From Octopus sinensis (lineage: Eukaryota): a stretch of DNA of 64,000 nt. A program made the position numbers and the translations under genes. The stretch is from contig NC_043000.1 of the NCBI RefSeq assembly GCF_006345805.1, positions 122,822,001 through 122,886,000 on the forward strand, in the 5' to 3' direction. This document shows positions 52,794-64,000 of this stretch, one piece after another. How positions within the stretch are numbered: position 1 is the first letter of the stretch; every line of letters begins with the position of its first letter. Below the pieces are notes generated by a model. That model was given only the letters and a program-made list of their open reading frames with translations. It was not told the origin of the DNA and made no database searches.

Positions 52794-53379
52794 TACATTC
52801 TTCTATCCGCATAGAATAACTTACAATACTTTAGAAATAGTAGTTTCTGCTGACTTCCAGTCGTTGGTGATAAAGCTTCTGCTGTCATCTACGATTCTCA
52901 TTCGATCTCTACTTTTCCAGCTTCTCTGAACAGGAACACTTCAGTAGGCCCCTCCTACCACTGGTTTTTCTGTCATACATGCAAATCTGTGTAGTTGTTC
53001 AAACGTATGTGCTTCTGTCTACTGAAAAGGCATCATGGCCGTTAAGTGTTAATATATATTTCCTTCTTTAAGATCTGCTATAATCATATGCTACCATATT
53101 AAATATAATATTTGCTTCGTCTATGCCGGTATTACCATCATCTATTTTCAATAGAGTTTATTAAGTAATATATACAGACGGCCGTTTTGGGATTCATCCC
53201 TCACCAGTTTATAATTGTATTGTTCAAAGTTCAACTTCAATATTAAATTGGATTTTTATCGAGTGAGTAACTACGTAAGTTATTAGACTTGTTATATAGT
53301 TTCTTGCATCTAAGCATACCTGACTATGCGTAGGATGTTTGTATGAATATGTATGCATCTGCTTACGTGTTTATATTTG

Positions 53380-53484
53380 TATGTATACATATATCAATAC
53401 ATATAAAAACACACACACATGTGTATAATATATATGTATATATATATATATGTATATAAATATATATATACATATATATATGTG

Positions 53485-53515
<31 letters not shown>

Positions 53516-53686
53516 GTATATGTATATATATGTATATATATATGTATATATATATATGTATATATATATATACATATATATATGTATATATATATATATA
53601 TATGTATATATATGTATATATATATATGTATATACATATGTATATATATATATGTATGTATATATTTATATACATATATATATATG

Positions 53687-53717
<31 letters not shown>

Positions 53718-53762
53718 TATATATATATATATGTATATATACATATGTATATATATATATAC

Positions 53763-53828
<66 letters not shown>

Positions 53829-53845
53829 GTATGTATATATACGAG
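53380..53845. repeat. (TA)n/(TATATG)n microsatellite
   Basis: Directly visible. Confidence 0.95.
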
Positions 53846-54477
53846 CTGTTAATGTTATAAATCAATTGACCCTTCAAAACGCAGGAATTCTGGCACAACT
53901 TTGGTATATAGCCTTCAGATATTCTAATATAAATCTAGTTGTTAATCAGTTTAGCACTTCAGATTCAGAGCTTCTGGCATCGCTCTCTACATGCCCAGAA
54001 GATATATACATAACAGTTCTATGAGGTAAATCTTGTTTCTGTGCTTTGGAGATGAAGATAAGAATGGGGAAATATCTCAATGAAGACTATGGACTGTTCT
54101 CTGTTGGAAAGTGTTTAGTGATTGATGTGTTCAAGACAATAATGATAAACTGAGAAGAAATAAATAGAAGTAAATGTATAATTTTTTTACACACTTAAAC
54201 CCTTTTTCTTTTTTCGGTCATTAGGCTGTGGCCATGCTAGAGTACTGTATGTAAAGATTATGTTGATGAAATCGACCCAATATTTATTTGAGCTTGTTAC
54301 ACTTACTTTTCTGTTCTTTTTTTGTTTTTTTTTTTGCTCATTTGTCCTCTCTATGTTTATTTGGGGGCAGAGGCAGTTTTGTCAGTTCCTACGTTAAGGA
54401 GAGACAAACAATCTAATACCTGATGTTTAGCATTCAGAAAGAAGCACAAACACAAATACATGTTTACACACACACAT

Positions 54478-54514
<37 letters not shown>

Positions 54515-54689
54515 CATACACATACGCACACATACTAATACTTCTACTTACAATTATAGTTTTCGTCTATGGAATTCCACTCGTAATGTACAGGTCGAAA
54601 TAGAAAATTACATTTACTTAAAATGCTACACAGGAGAATAGAATCCAAGAACTCATGATTACGACACTGCACTTTATATTAGATGTGCG

Positions 54690-55290
54690 AAAGGCAGTGG
54701 GCTGGCAGAAACGTTAGCACGCCGGGCGAAATGCTTAGCGGCATTTGGTCTGCCGTTACGTTCTGAGTTCAAATTCCGCCGTAGTCGACTTTGCCTTTCA
54801 TCCTTTCGAGATCGATTAAATAAGTACCAGTTACGCACTGGAGTCGATGTAATCGACTTAATCCGTTTGTCTGTCCTTGTTTGTCCTCTCTGTGTTTAGC
54901 CCCTTGTGGGTAGTAAAGAAATAGGTATTTCGTCTGGCGCTACGTTCTGAGTTGAAATTCCGCCGTGGTCGACTTTGCCTTTCATCCTTTCGGGATCGAT
55001 AAATTAAGTACCAGTTACGCACTAGGGTAGGTGCAATCGACTTAATCCGTTTGTCTGTCCTTGTTTGTCTTCTCTGTGTTTAGCCCCTTGTGGGCAGTAA
55101 AAAAGTAAGAAACGTCAGCACGCTGGTAGAAATGCTTAGCGATATTTCGTCTGTCTTATGCTCTGAGTTGAAATTTTGCCGAGGTCGACTTTGCCTGTCA
55201 TCCTTTCGGAATTGATAAATTAAGTACCAGTTGCGTTCTGGGGTCGATCTAATCGACTGGCCCCCTCCCCCAAAATTTCGGGCTTTGTGC
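54690..55290 (+). mobile_element. SINE family A head-to-tail trimer
   Basis: Two long-tail units then one short-tail unit ending ggccccctcccccaaaatttcgggctttgtgcctagagtagaaaag. Confidence 0.9.
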
Positions 55291-55852
55291 CTAGAGTAGA
55301 AAAGAATACATTAGGTGTGCGAATGTATGTGCGTATGTATAAGTGTGTGTATGTGTGTGTGCTGTTGCCACAAAAAGAGAAGTACTCCCTGTAAAACGGT
55401 TGGCGTCAAGAAAGAGATTCGGCTGTAGAAACCACATCAAAGCAGACAGTGCGGTACGACTAAGTTCTCGGACCTGTCGTATTCTGCGATACCATATAAC
55501 CCTTGCAAGCACGGAAGATACGCATATAGCCCCAAGTCGGCTCTGATCGATGATCAAGTTATGTCCAGCTATTAACATCTTGTCTTTTTAATGCTATTTA
55601 GGGCAACATTAGCTAATGGATGCTTCCCTTATCCAATACAGCATGATGAATTTGAAAATCGATGGTTGTTAATGCCGCTGTTGTGAAGAAGAGCGAGTGG
55701 TAGACAGAGCTCTTCTATAGCCCTTGGTCAACCTTGATCTACGAGATCTATAATGATTTTATGTCCATTCATGGCCATCATGTCTTTTCAGCACTATATT
55801 GTTTTATGTTTGCTTCCCACTATGGTGCGATTTGAAAGAGATTTGACTCCTA

Positions 55853-56022
55853 GGCGCAGGAGTGGCTGTGTGGTAAGTAGCTTGCTTACCAACCACATGG
55901 TTCCGGGTTCAGTCCCACTACGTGACACCTTAGGCAAGTTTCTTCTACTATAGCCTCGGGCCGACTGAATTGGTAGACGGAATTGGTAGACGGAAACTGA
56001 AAGAATCCCGTCGTATATATGC

Positions 56023-56081
<59 letters not shown>

Positions 56082-56340
56082 TGTGTGTGTCTGTGTGTGT
56101 CTGTGTGTGTGCGCGCGCGCGTGTGTGCGTCTGTGTTTGTTCCCCCAATATCGCTTGACAACCGATGGTGGTTTGTTTACATACCCGAAACTTAGCGGTT
56201 CGGCAAAAAAGACCGATAGAATAAGTACTAGATTTCCAAAGAATAAGTCCTGGGGTCGATTTGCTCGACTAAAAGCGGTGCTCCATCATGGCCGCAGCCA
56301 AATGACTGAAACAAGTAAAAAAGTAAAAGAAAGTAAAAGA
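55853..56340 (+). mobile_element. SINE family B, full length with expanded (TG)n
   Basis: Head ggcgcaggagtggctgtgtgg; tail gactgaaacaagtaaaaaagtaaaag. Confidence 0.9.
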
Positions 56341-57854
56341 GTATTTCTGTTAGGTTCCACGTCGAAGCAGAATTCTTTGTCGGCTAGCAGAAACAGAGTT
56401 GAGATTCACGAGACTGAGGAACCGATCAAATTTGGTCTACTGTGTTCTACACAATGTCATACCCACAGAATTTTCTGGTACAAATTATTGATTGTTGTAT
56501 ACTCATGGAAACAGAATATAGTGTTCCTACCAGGAAACAACGAAACCCATCAGACCCAATGAGGGAAAATTTACGTGTTTTATATATCTGCTAGAAATAG
56601 CAACCAAATATCATTGTGTCATCTTTTAAAAATGACGTATACATTGGATAATACAGTTTTTGAAATACTTTATTACAAAATAGTCAGACTGCTGAACATT
56701 TGAACATAGGTCTCTCCATCAGGACCATGTTTGTCTGTTTGAAATAGCCGTAAAATATCCCTCACTTTATACACTTAATGTTAAGACATTGGATGATGGA
56801 TTTCTAGAAAAATTGTCTGAGAATATAAACCAAAGACGGGATGGTCACAGCTGGAACACCTTGGGTAAGAAAATGTGTTTGATTTGAATTGACCAAAACT
56901 AAGGAAGTAAAACACTGCTCTACTGCCACATCCACCATTCTCTTTGATCATATCTGTACCAGTGAGAAGACCCTGGGTTAATTAATAATAACAAAAAACA
57001 ACACTTGTCAGCTGATACAGGCGCTTCCACTGTTTGCATTCCAACAGCGCTGCGCTCGCGGAAAATATCACTGTAACGTAGTTACGTAACGCGAAACATT
57101 TCATGTTGACTTCCTGCTAAAATCAAATCAATGAAATAAATGTGTTCAATGGGGAAAATACTTTCTGCGTTACGGAACTCTCCTTTACGACAAAATTTTC
57201 AAAAGCACCACTGTTCTGTAATGCGGGAAATACCTGTGATACAATACGAAATACGCTCTGGCATCTCGCCTAATATTGAAGGAACTGGCTGTCAAACTAA
57301 AATGGGGTATTAGTGAATTTTACTAGTTAATAGTTACAATATTTACACGCTTAAATATTCAGTAAATTGTAATGAAAAGAAAACTAGCTGAAGTGTTAGA
57401 ATCGATAACAGAGGTATTAGAAAGAATTTCTGTCTCACTTCGTATTGAAGATCTACGAAACGCTTTAATTCATATACTAACAAAATGGTAATATGTGAAG
57501 AAGGACCATTAAAGGGTCGAATTATTACAAACGTAGAAATGTTTCAATGAAAAGGGATGACTAAAGAGAGATGCACAATCAATATTCTTTTGGTCTTGTA
57601 CAGATGACCTCATGACACCTTCATTCTAGTAAGAATATATACCGTCAACCACCACCGGTATTTATTAAATGGCTGTCTGTATCAGATAAGCTGTAAGTCG
57701 CCAGTAGCGAAATGAACTAAACGATATCGAGGGCGGGGCGATGTATACAACAAGGGTCAGTGTTTGGTTGTGTGTGTGTGTGGAGAAGTGAGCGATCGAT
57801 ATAAGAAGAAGAAATGGTAGAAATAGAAGCTAGTCATAAGTAAGATATTACGAA

Positions 57855-58420
57855 AGAGTGAAGGAAGGAAGGAAGGAAGGAAGGAAGGAAGGAAGGGAGG
57901 AAAGGAGAGAGGGAGAGAGGAAGGGATGGAGGGAGGAAAGGAGGGAGGGAGGAAGGAAGGAAGGGAGGGAGGAAGGAAGGAAGGAGAGTAAGAAGGAAGG
58001 GAAGAAGGGAGGAAGAGAGGAAGGAAGGACCGAGGAAGAGAAGAAAGGAGGAAGGGGAGGGAGGAACGAAAAAAGGAAGGAAGGGAGGAAGGGAGGCAGG
58101 AAGGAAAGAAGGAAGGAAAGAGGGAAGGAAGGAAGGAAAAAGGGAAGGTGGAAGGAGGGAAGAAGGAAGGGAAGAAGGAAGGAAGGAAGGAAGGAAGGAG
58201 GAAGGAAGGGAAGAAGGAAAGGAAGGAAGGAACGAGGAAGGGAAAGAAAGAAGGAAGGAAGGAAGGAGAGTAGGAAGTAAAGAAGGAAGAAGGGAGAAAT
58301 GAAAGAAGTAAGGAAGTAAAGAGGGAAGAAGGGAGAAATGAAGGAAGGAAGGAACAAACGAACGAACGAAGGAAAGGTGGAGAGAAAGAAAGAAGAAAAG
58401 GAAGGAAGGAGAGCAAATGG
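57855..58420 (+). repeat. homopurine (GGAA/GAAG/GGGA)n tract
   Basis: About 560 nt of almost exclusively A/G on the plus strand; a short echo at 58600-58627. Confidence 0.95.
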
Positions 58421-58906
58421 AATAAATTAGCTCGGAAAAAATTCCTCCAGCAAGAAGAATGGGAATTTATGATAGAAGACCTCAAACAAGGACGGATATC
58501 AGCAACGGTGACATGGAGGGAATAAGAGGCGGGAAGAGAGGAATAACTGAATCATTGAAAGGAAGTTCGATGGCGATACATGAAGAAAAGAAACGTATAA
58601 GGAAGGAAAGAAGGAAAGAAGGAAGGATGGTAGGTAGGTTTGGGAGTAGAAGATGGCGATTTCTGATCAATGATTCTGGCGGCAAACTGTGTGATAATTA
58701 GACATTCTGCAGTCCTCTGGAGTGATAATGGCATAGGCTACAAAAATGTGTTGCTTCAACTTATAGAAACAGACATTAGCAGCAGAGAATCATCAACTTG
58801 GCTAATTAGCGACTCAAACTTACCGATTCTATCTCGTTACCGACTGCTCACAGACATTGACAATTTTTCGACTGCTCTATATGACAAGGCATGTTTGTTC
58901 AAATAT

Positions 58907-58965
<59 letters not shown>

Positions 58966-59288
58966 TAGACATACGCATATATATGAATATATATACATAT
59001 ATATATATACATATATATATATATACACAAACTCACACATACACACACACATATATATATATATATACGTGTGAGAACGCGTATACACAAACACGTGTAT
59101 ATTTACGTATAAACGTATGTATAAACGTATATATAAATGTATGTATATTGATAGATAGATAAAGAGAGAGAGAGAGGTCTATATGTACGTATGTATGCAC
59201 TTAAGTATATAAGTCTATACATGTGTGCATGTATATATATGCATAGGTACATTTGCATATATATATATCCGTGCACACACACATACGC

Positions 59289-59327
<39 letters not shown>

Positions 59328-60494
59328 CATACATAAATACATATATACATGCATACATATGCATATATATGTACGTATGAATTAGGTGAGACTTTACATT
59401 ATAGATTGTAATTCTTCACTTCATTGTCATAAACAACAACAAAAATTAAATATGCATCACAAGCAAAAATCACCGTATTCTCGATGAAAATTATGGCGTA
59501 TATAAAAGTACAATGGGTATTACATTCTAAATGAAACAGCTGTAAGGATTTTTAAAACTGTTGGAGTTTGATTATTTCCTTTGAGAAGTTAGGTGTTTAA
59601 AACCTTCACTAGCAATAATTAATGGTGAAATTATAATTAAACTATATGCTTATCAGAAAATTGTTAAGAATATAATGTTGCAAATGATTTTGAGAAGTTC
59701 AGTAAATAATTCAAAGTAGAATGATTTCTAATTATAGAATGTGAGAAGCCTTGAAATGCAGATCGTGCACGATAGTTCAGAGATGGATTGTTTAATCCGA
59801 TGAAAGTATAGGAATTTAGCTAAGATATCTGATTTTGCACGTAAAAAATTTTCAGAGCTGTTAACGTTTTCCAGGATGGAAGTTTTTCAGCCTGTGCATC
59901 CGTTTTATCATTATTTAATATTCTGCAGTGCTCGAATATCTTACCTTGCAGTTTATATCGAAATCATTTCTTTGTTCTTTCAAATACCACTTCTTAGCGG
60001 ACAATGTTGTGTGATTCTTTTTCTGTATTCATTTTCTGTATTTTACAATACAATGTCAAAGGTTAAAAAAGTACCTGTGGTAGCTTATTATTATTCCCTT
60101 ACTTTTAATTGCTGTCAAAGTTTTAGACAGAATGTTAATATACACACACACATATATTCATATGTGCATATTTAAACATATGTGTATATTTAGACATAAC
60201 TACATACACATACACACAGATAGATACGTACATACATAAATATAGGAAAATACATTTATACATATGCATATATGTAGATATATATAAGCATACATATATA
60301 TATAATATCGATGTATATATAATATTTTATATATATAAATTAATGTGTGCGTATGTACATGCTTAAATGTGAACACAAAAATACATGAATAGATATATAA
60401 ATACATACATACACTCATACATACATACTCGCACATACATACAGACACACACATACATATATACACTCATACATACACACTCACACAAACATAC

Positions 60495-60728
60495 CTATTT
60501 TTTTACTACCCACACGGGGCTAAACACAGAAGGGATAAACAAGGACAGACAAACGGATTAAGTCGATTATATCGACCCCAGTGCGTAACTGCTACTTAAT
60601 TTATTGAACCCGAAAGGATGAAAGGCAAAGTCGACCTCGGCGGAATTTGAACTCAGAACGTATCGACAGACGAAATACGGCTAGGCATTTCGCCCGGCGT
60701 GCTAACGTTTCTGCCAGCTCGCCGCCTT
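60495..60728 (-). mobile_element. SINE family A with TSD cactcacacaaacat
   Basis: Direct repeat at about 60478-60492 and 60730-60744. Confidence 0.9.
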
Positions 60729-61863
60729 CACTCACACAAACATGCGTGCATGCATACATACGTACATAGGATGAAAGTGGGGTAAAAATAGCGAGAGAGG
60801 GAGAGGCAGAAAGACTGAGAACTAAGAATACAATGATTGTCTGAATCAATGAGAGAGTATTGGATGAGATAAGAAAAAAGTTTGAGAAAATAACTACATT
60901 TCGTAACCGACTTACTTTACATAAATACTTAGCTAATCCACAGTCTTTAGTAGTTTAAATGGTGTATTTATTAATCCATGGAGAAGAGCTTTTCCATAAT
61001 TGGATCTCAATTCAATTCCCACGTAATGAGGACTTGCCAAAGTAATTTGTAGGCAATTACAATTGCAGTATATCCGTATGAACTTATAATTTGCTGAAAT
61101 GCATTCTCATCTGATACATACTAAAAAGAAAGAAAATATTCACTATTAATTGTTACTACGTATAAGATTGTTACTAACTGGGGCTTTTTTCGATGTCTGT
61201 CGAACAATTATATTAATTTAGTTTCTGAGAAAGAAACTATAAATACTTCTACACATCTATACAATTATAGCCAGTGAGCGGACTAGAGCATCAGTACTGA
61301 GCTGGAATGATTACGAGGTAGATATACGAAAAAAGACTGATAACTAATCATTTAATTCTATTACAATATAATAGTATTAAAATATTGGTTTAAAATTTTG
61401 GCTCAAGGCCAGCAATTGTGGGGAAAGGTATAAGTTAATTACATAGACTTCAGTATTCAACTTATATTTATTTTATCGGCCCCGATGGGATGAAAGGCAG
61501 AGTCGATTTCGGTGGCAATTGAACTCAGATCATAAACTCGGAAGAAATGCCGCTGAGCATTTTCCGGCACGCTAACGACCCTAAAAAGATGAAAGGCAAA
61601 GTCGATCTCGGCGGAAATTGAACTCTTCCATAACTCTTAGAAACATGTAACAACTAGAGCTACCTTTGGTAATTACTGACCAAATTTGAATCCACCCCAA
61701 GGTGAACTGTGACAAAGTAGGATCATGTGTTCTGCTCAGAAACACACGATCAAGTAGGCTAATAAGTGCTCCATTCGGCTAATTCGCTACCACATAATGA
61801 TATACATCCAGTCACATTCATGTAACCTACTAAATGAAGCTCTTATTCTAATGATCCTGACTA

Positions 61864-61950
61864 CAGTAACCCCTCGACTATCGCGGGTGTTACGCTCCAA
61901 AAACTCCACGATAGGTGAATATCCGCGAAGTAAAAAGAGTACAGTACTGT
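61864..61950 (+). mobile_element. pogo/Tigger-type transposon left end
   Basis: TA|CAGTAACCCCTCGACTATCGCGGG..ccgcgaagta resembles Tigger-like TIRs; no right end seen. Confidence 0.55.
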
Positions 61951-62064
61951 ATATATATATATTTTTTAATTTCTATAATTTGTATATATTTATTTTATTA
62001 TAAATGCAAAACAACACCACGGAGGAATCGACGTAAGCTTAAATAATCTTTTCTACTCAAGAGA

Positions 62065-62465
62065 CAAAGCCCGAAATTATTAGGGAGGGGACCAGTCGAT
62101 TTTATCGACCCCAGTACGCAACTGGTACATCATTTATCGACCCCGAAAGGATGAAAGGCAAAATCGACCTTGGTGGAATTTGAACTCAGAACATAAAGAC
62201 AGACGAAATACCTATTTCTTTACTACCCACAAGGGGCTAAACACAGAGAAGACAAACAAGGACAGACAAACAGATTAAGTCGATTATATCGACTCCAGTG
62301 CGTAACTGGTACTAATTTAATCGACCCCAGTGCGTAACTGGTGCTTATCTAATTCGACCCCGAAAGGGATAACCTCGGCGGAATTTGAACTCAGAACGTA
62401 GCAGCAGACGAAATACAGCTAAGCATTTCGCCCGGCGTGCTAACGTTTCTGCCAGCTCGCTGCTT
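62065..62465 (-). mobile_element. SINE family A dimer (long-tail unit joined to short-tail unit)
   Basis: Junction gacgaaatacctatttctttac at about 62205-62225. Confidence 0.85.
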
Positions 62466-63306
62466 TATCCTAGGGAAAAATATATTAATAACATAATTAC
62501 TTTTACTACCCTCCAAAAAATTAACAAGTTTCCTGACCAGATCAAGTAAGAAGCATATAATCAGAAAAGTGTAAAACGTAGAAAACTAGGTCTTTGGATT
62601 ATATTGTGGTATGTTATTGTTGTAAAGTGTATTCATTCCTCAACCATTCTTTTCTTTAATTGTAATCATGTAACATAGCTTAAAGCAGAGTTGCTGATGT
62701 TTTTCGTTTTGTTTTTTTTTTCTTTTCCTTGGAATGCGAAAATGTGAAGAAAAAATATTGCCAATTCAGAGGTGACAACCTTTTCAACTGAACAACTAAA
62801 CTACTTGCTAAACGAGAAACTAAAAAAAGTGGCTCATCGAATTCTCTCTTATAAATTATGAATGTTCATATACATACACACATATGTAAACACGTGTGTG
62901 TGTGACACATACGTCTAGATTGTATTATTTTAATTTCCAAGTGAAACAGCCGTAATAAGTTTTGTCGCCGTTTCGAAATTAAACTTTATTAGTGATGTAC
63001 CTAAGTAAAATTACATTTATTTTGCAATTATGACGTACATAATTGAATTATCCTCCTTTGAGAAAAATAATGACAAGATAAAGAAAAAGAAACTATTTCG
63101 AACTTATGAAGATGAATCAACAAACGGACTTGAAATTGGATGATTTTTCTTCGTTAATTTAAATAATCAAACACCTAAAAAATAAATTGAAAGATATTTT
63201 TTAATAAGTGAATGAATGAAGGTACGACTGTGGATATTTTCGTGATGGTATTGTTTCGTTTTGTTTTTATTTGGCAATTTTTTACACACGTATACTTGTA
63301 ATTAGT

Positions 63307-63543
63307 CAGTCTACGTGATTGGCAACTTCCATCCAACGACGCAAGGCAGCCTACGTGATTGGCAACTTCCATCCAACGACGCAAAGCAGCCTACGTGATT
63401 GGCAACTTCCATCCAACGACGCAAGGCAGCCTACGTGATTGGCAACTTCCATCCAACGACGCAAGGCAGCCTACGTGATTGGCAACTTCCATCCAACGAC
63501 GCAAGGCAGCCTATGTAATTGGCAACTTCCATCCAACGACGCA
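63307..63543 (+). repeat. 40-bp minisatellite, 6 near-identical units
   Basis: ctacgtgattggcaacttccatccaacgacgcaaggcagc at 63311, 63351, 63391, 63431, 63471 and 63511. Confidence 0.97.
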
Positions 63544-64000
63544 GAGTCACTAGATGTGATGACACGAATAATATTCTACACTGAAATGACCAACCGAAAA
63601 TTTTCACCGAGAACTGTAACAAGATCCAGGAGCCAACAACGTAGAAAACGCAAATGTCACACTACTGTTTTTAAAAAAATGAGGATACATACATACACAT
63701 ACTCGCACATGAAGTAGAACTTCGTGGCGCATGATAATCTAGGAAGGCAATCAGAGAGATCTCAACGCTGTTCAGGTTAATGCTTATTCATTAACACAGT
63801 TTTGAATTAATCATACATTATCTCGGGCCTTTGAAATTTCAAAGATGTGATTGATTACCTTGTAGGGTAAGTGCGAGACGCTGGATATGGTCCGTTTGAA
63901 AATTAAAAAATGGTAAAATATTTTGGGCGTACATAGCCATTTGAAATACTAAACGATTAATATGTATATGTCATCATTTTAAAAAAATGGCTTCATATAC

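Noticed and set aside
57757-58485. 242-aa PSFL-rich and 140-aa KEGR-rich ORFs
   Set aside because: Both are readings of the (GGAA)n tract.
42-60466. Dozens of ORFs rich in YI, CV, HT, LSIY or poly-N/L (e.g. 53419-54024, 39871-40434, 34243-34869, 23657-23941)
   Set aside because: Translations of (TA)n, (TG)n, (CA)n, (TATC)n and (AAT)n microsatellites that lack stops by composition.
3791-62465. tRNA-like heads with A/B boxes
   Set aside because: All continue into SINE bodies and lack a complete cloverleaf or acceptor stem; no true tRNA gene is called.
63307-63543. CRISPR-like regular repeats (also 5011-5447)
   Set aside because: Units are contiguous with no unique spacers and there are no cas genes; these are minisatellites.

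Overview
AT-rich, microsatellite-saturated eukaryotic DNA that is almost entirely intronic or intergenic. The SINE families, TTAGGG motif and repeat load point to an octopus or other coleoid cephalopod (inference from recalled repeat families, no database search). No protein-coding gene can be named, and nearly all ORFs in the track are translations of (TA)n/(CA)n/(GATA)n/(GGAA)n or SINE antisense. Supportable content: about 30 tRNA-derived SINE copies of 3-4 families, three mariner derivatives, two copies of a 6-bp-TSD MITE carrying TTAGGG repeats, decayed R4/Dong, RTE and Penelope-like retroelements, two minisatellites and a few candidate exons or regulatory sites. The most interesting signal is at 35.5-37.4 kb. 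Two independent, 5'-truncated copies of a Tx1/L1-clade LINE sit in the same (GATA)n tract, one with about 297 uninterrupted codons. The last 41 nt of this LINE match the 3' tail of the commonest SINE in the window (34-35/41 identical). Together these suggest a (GATA)n-targeting LINE and its dependent SINE partner.
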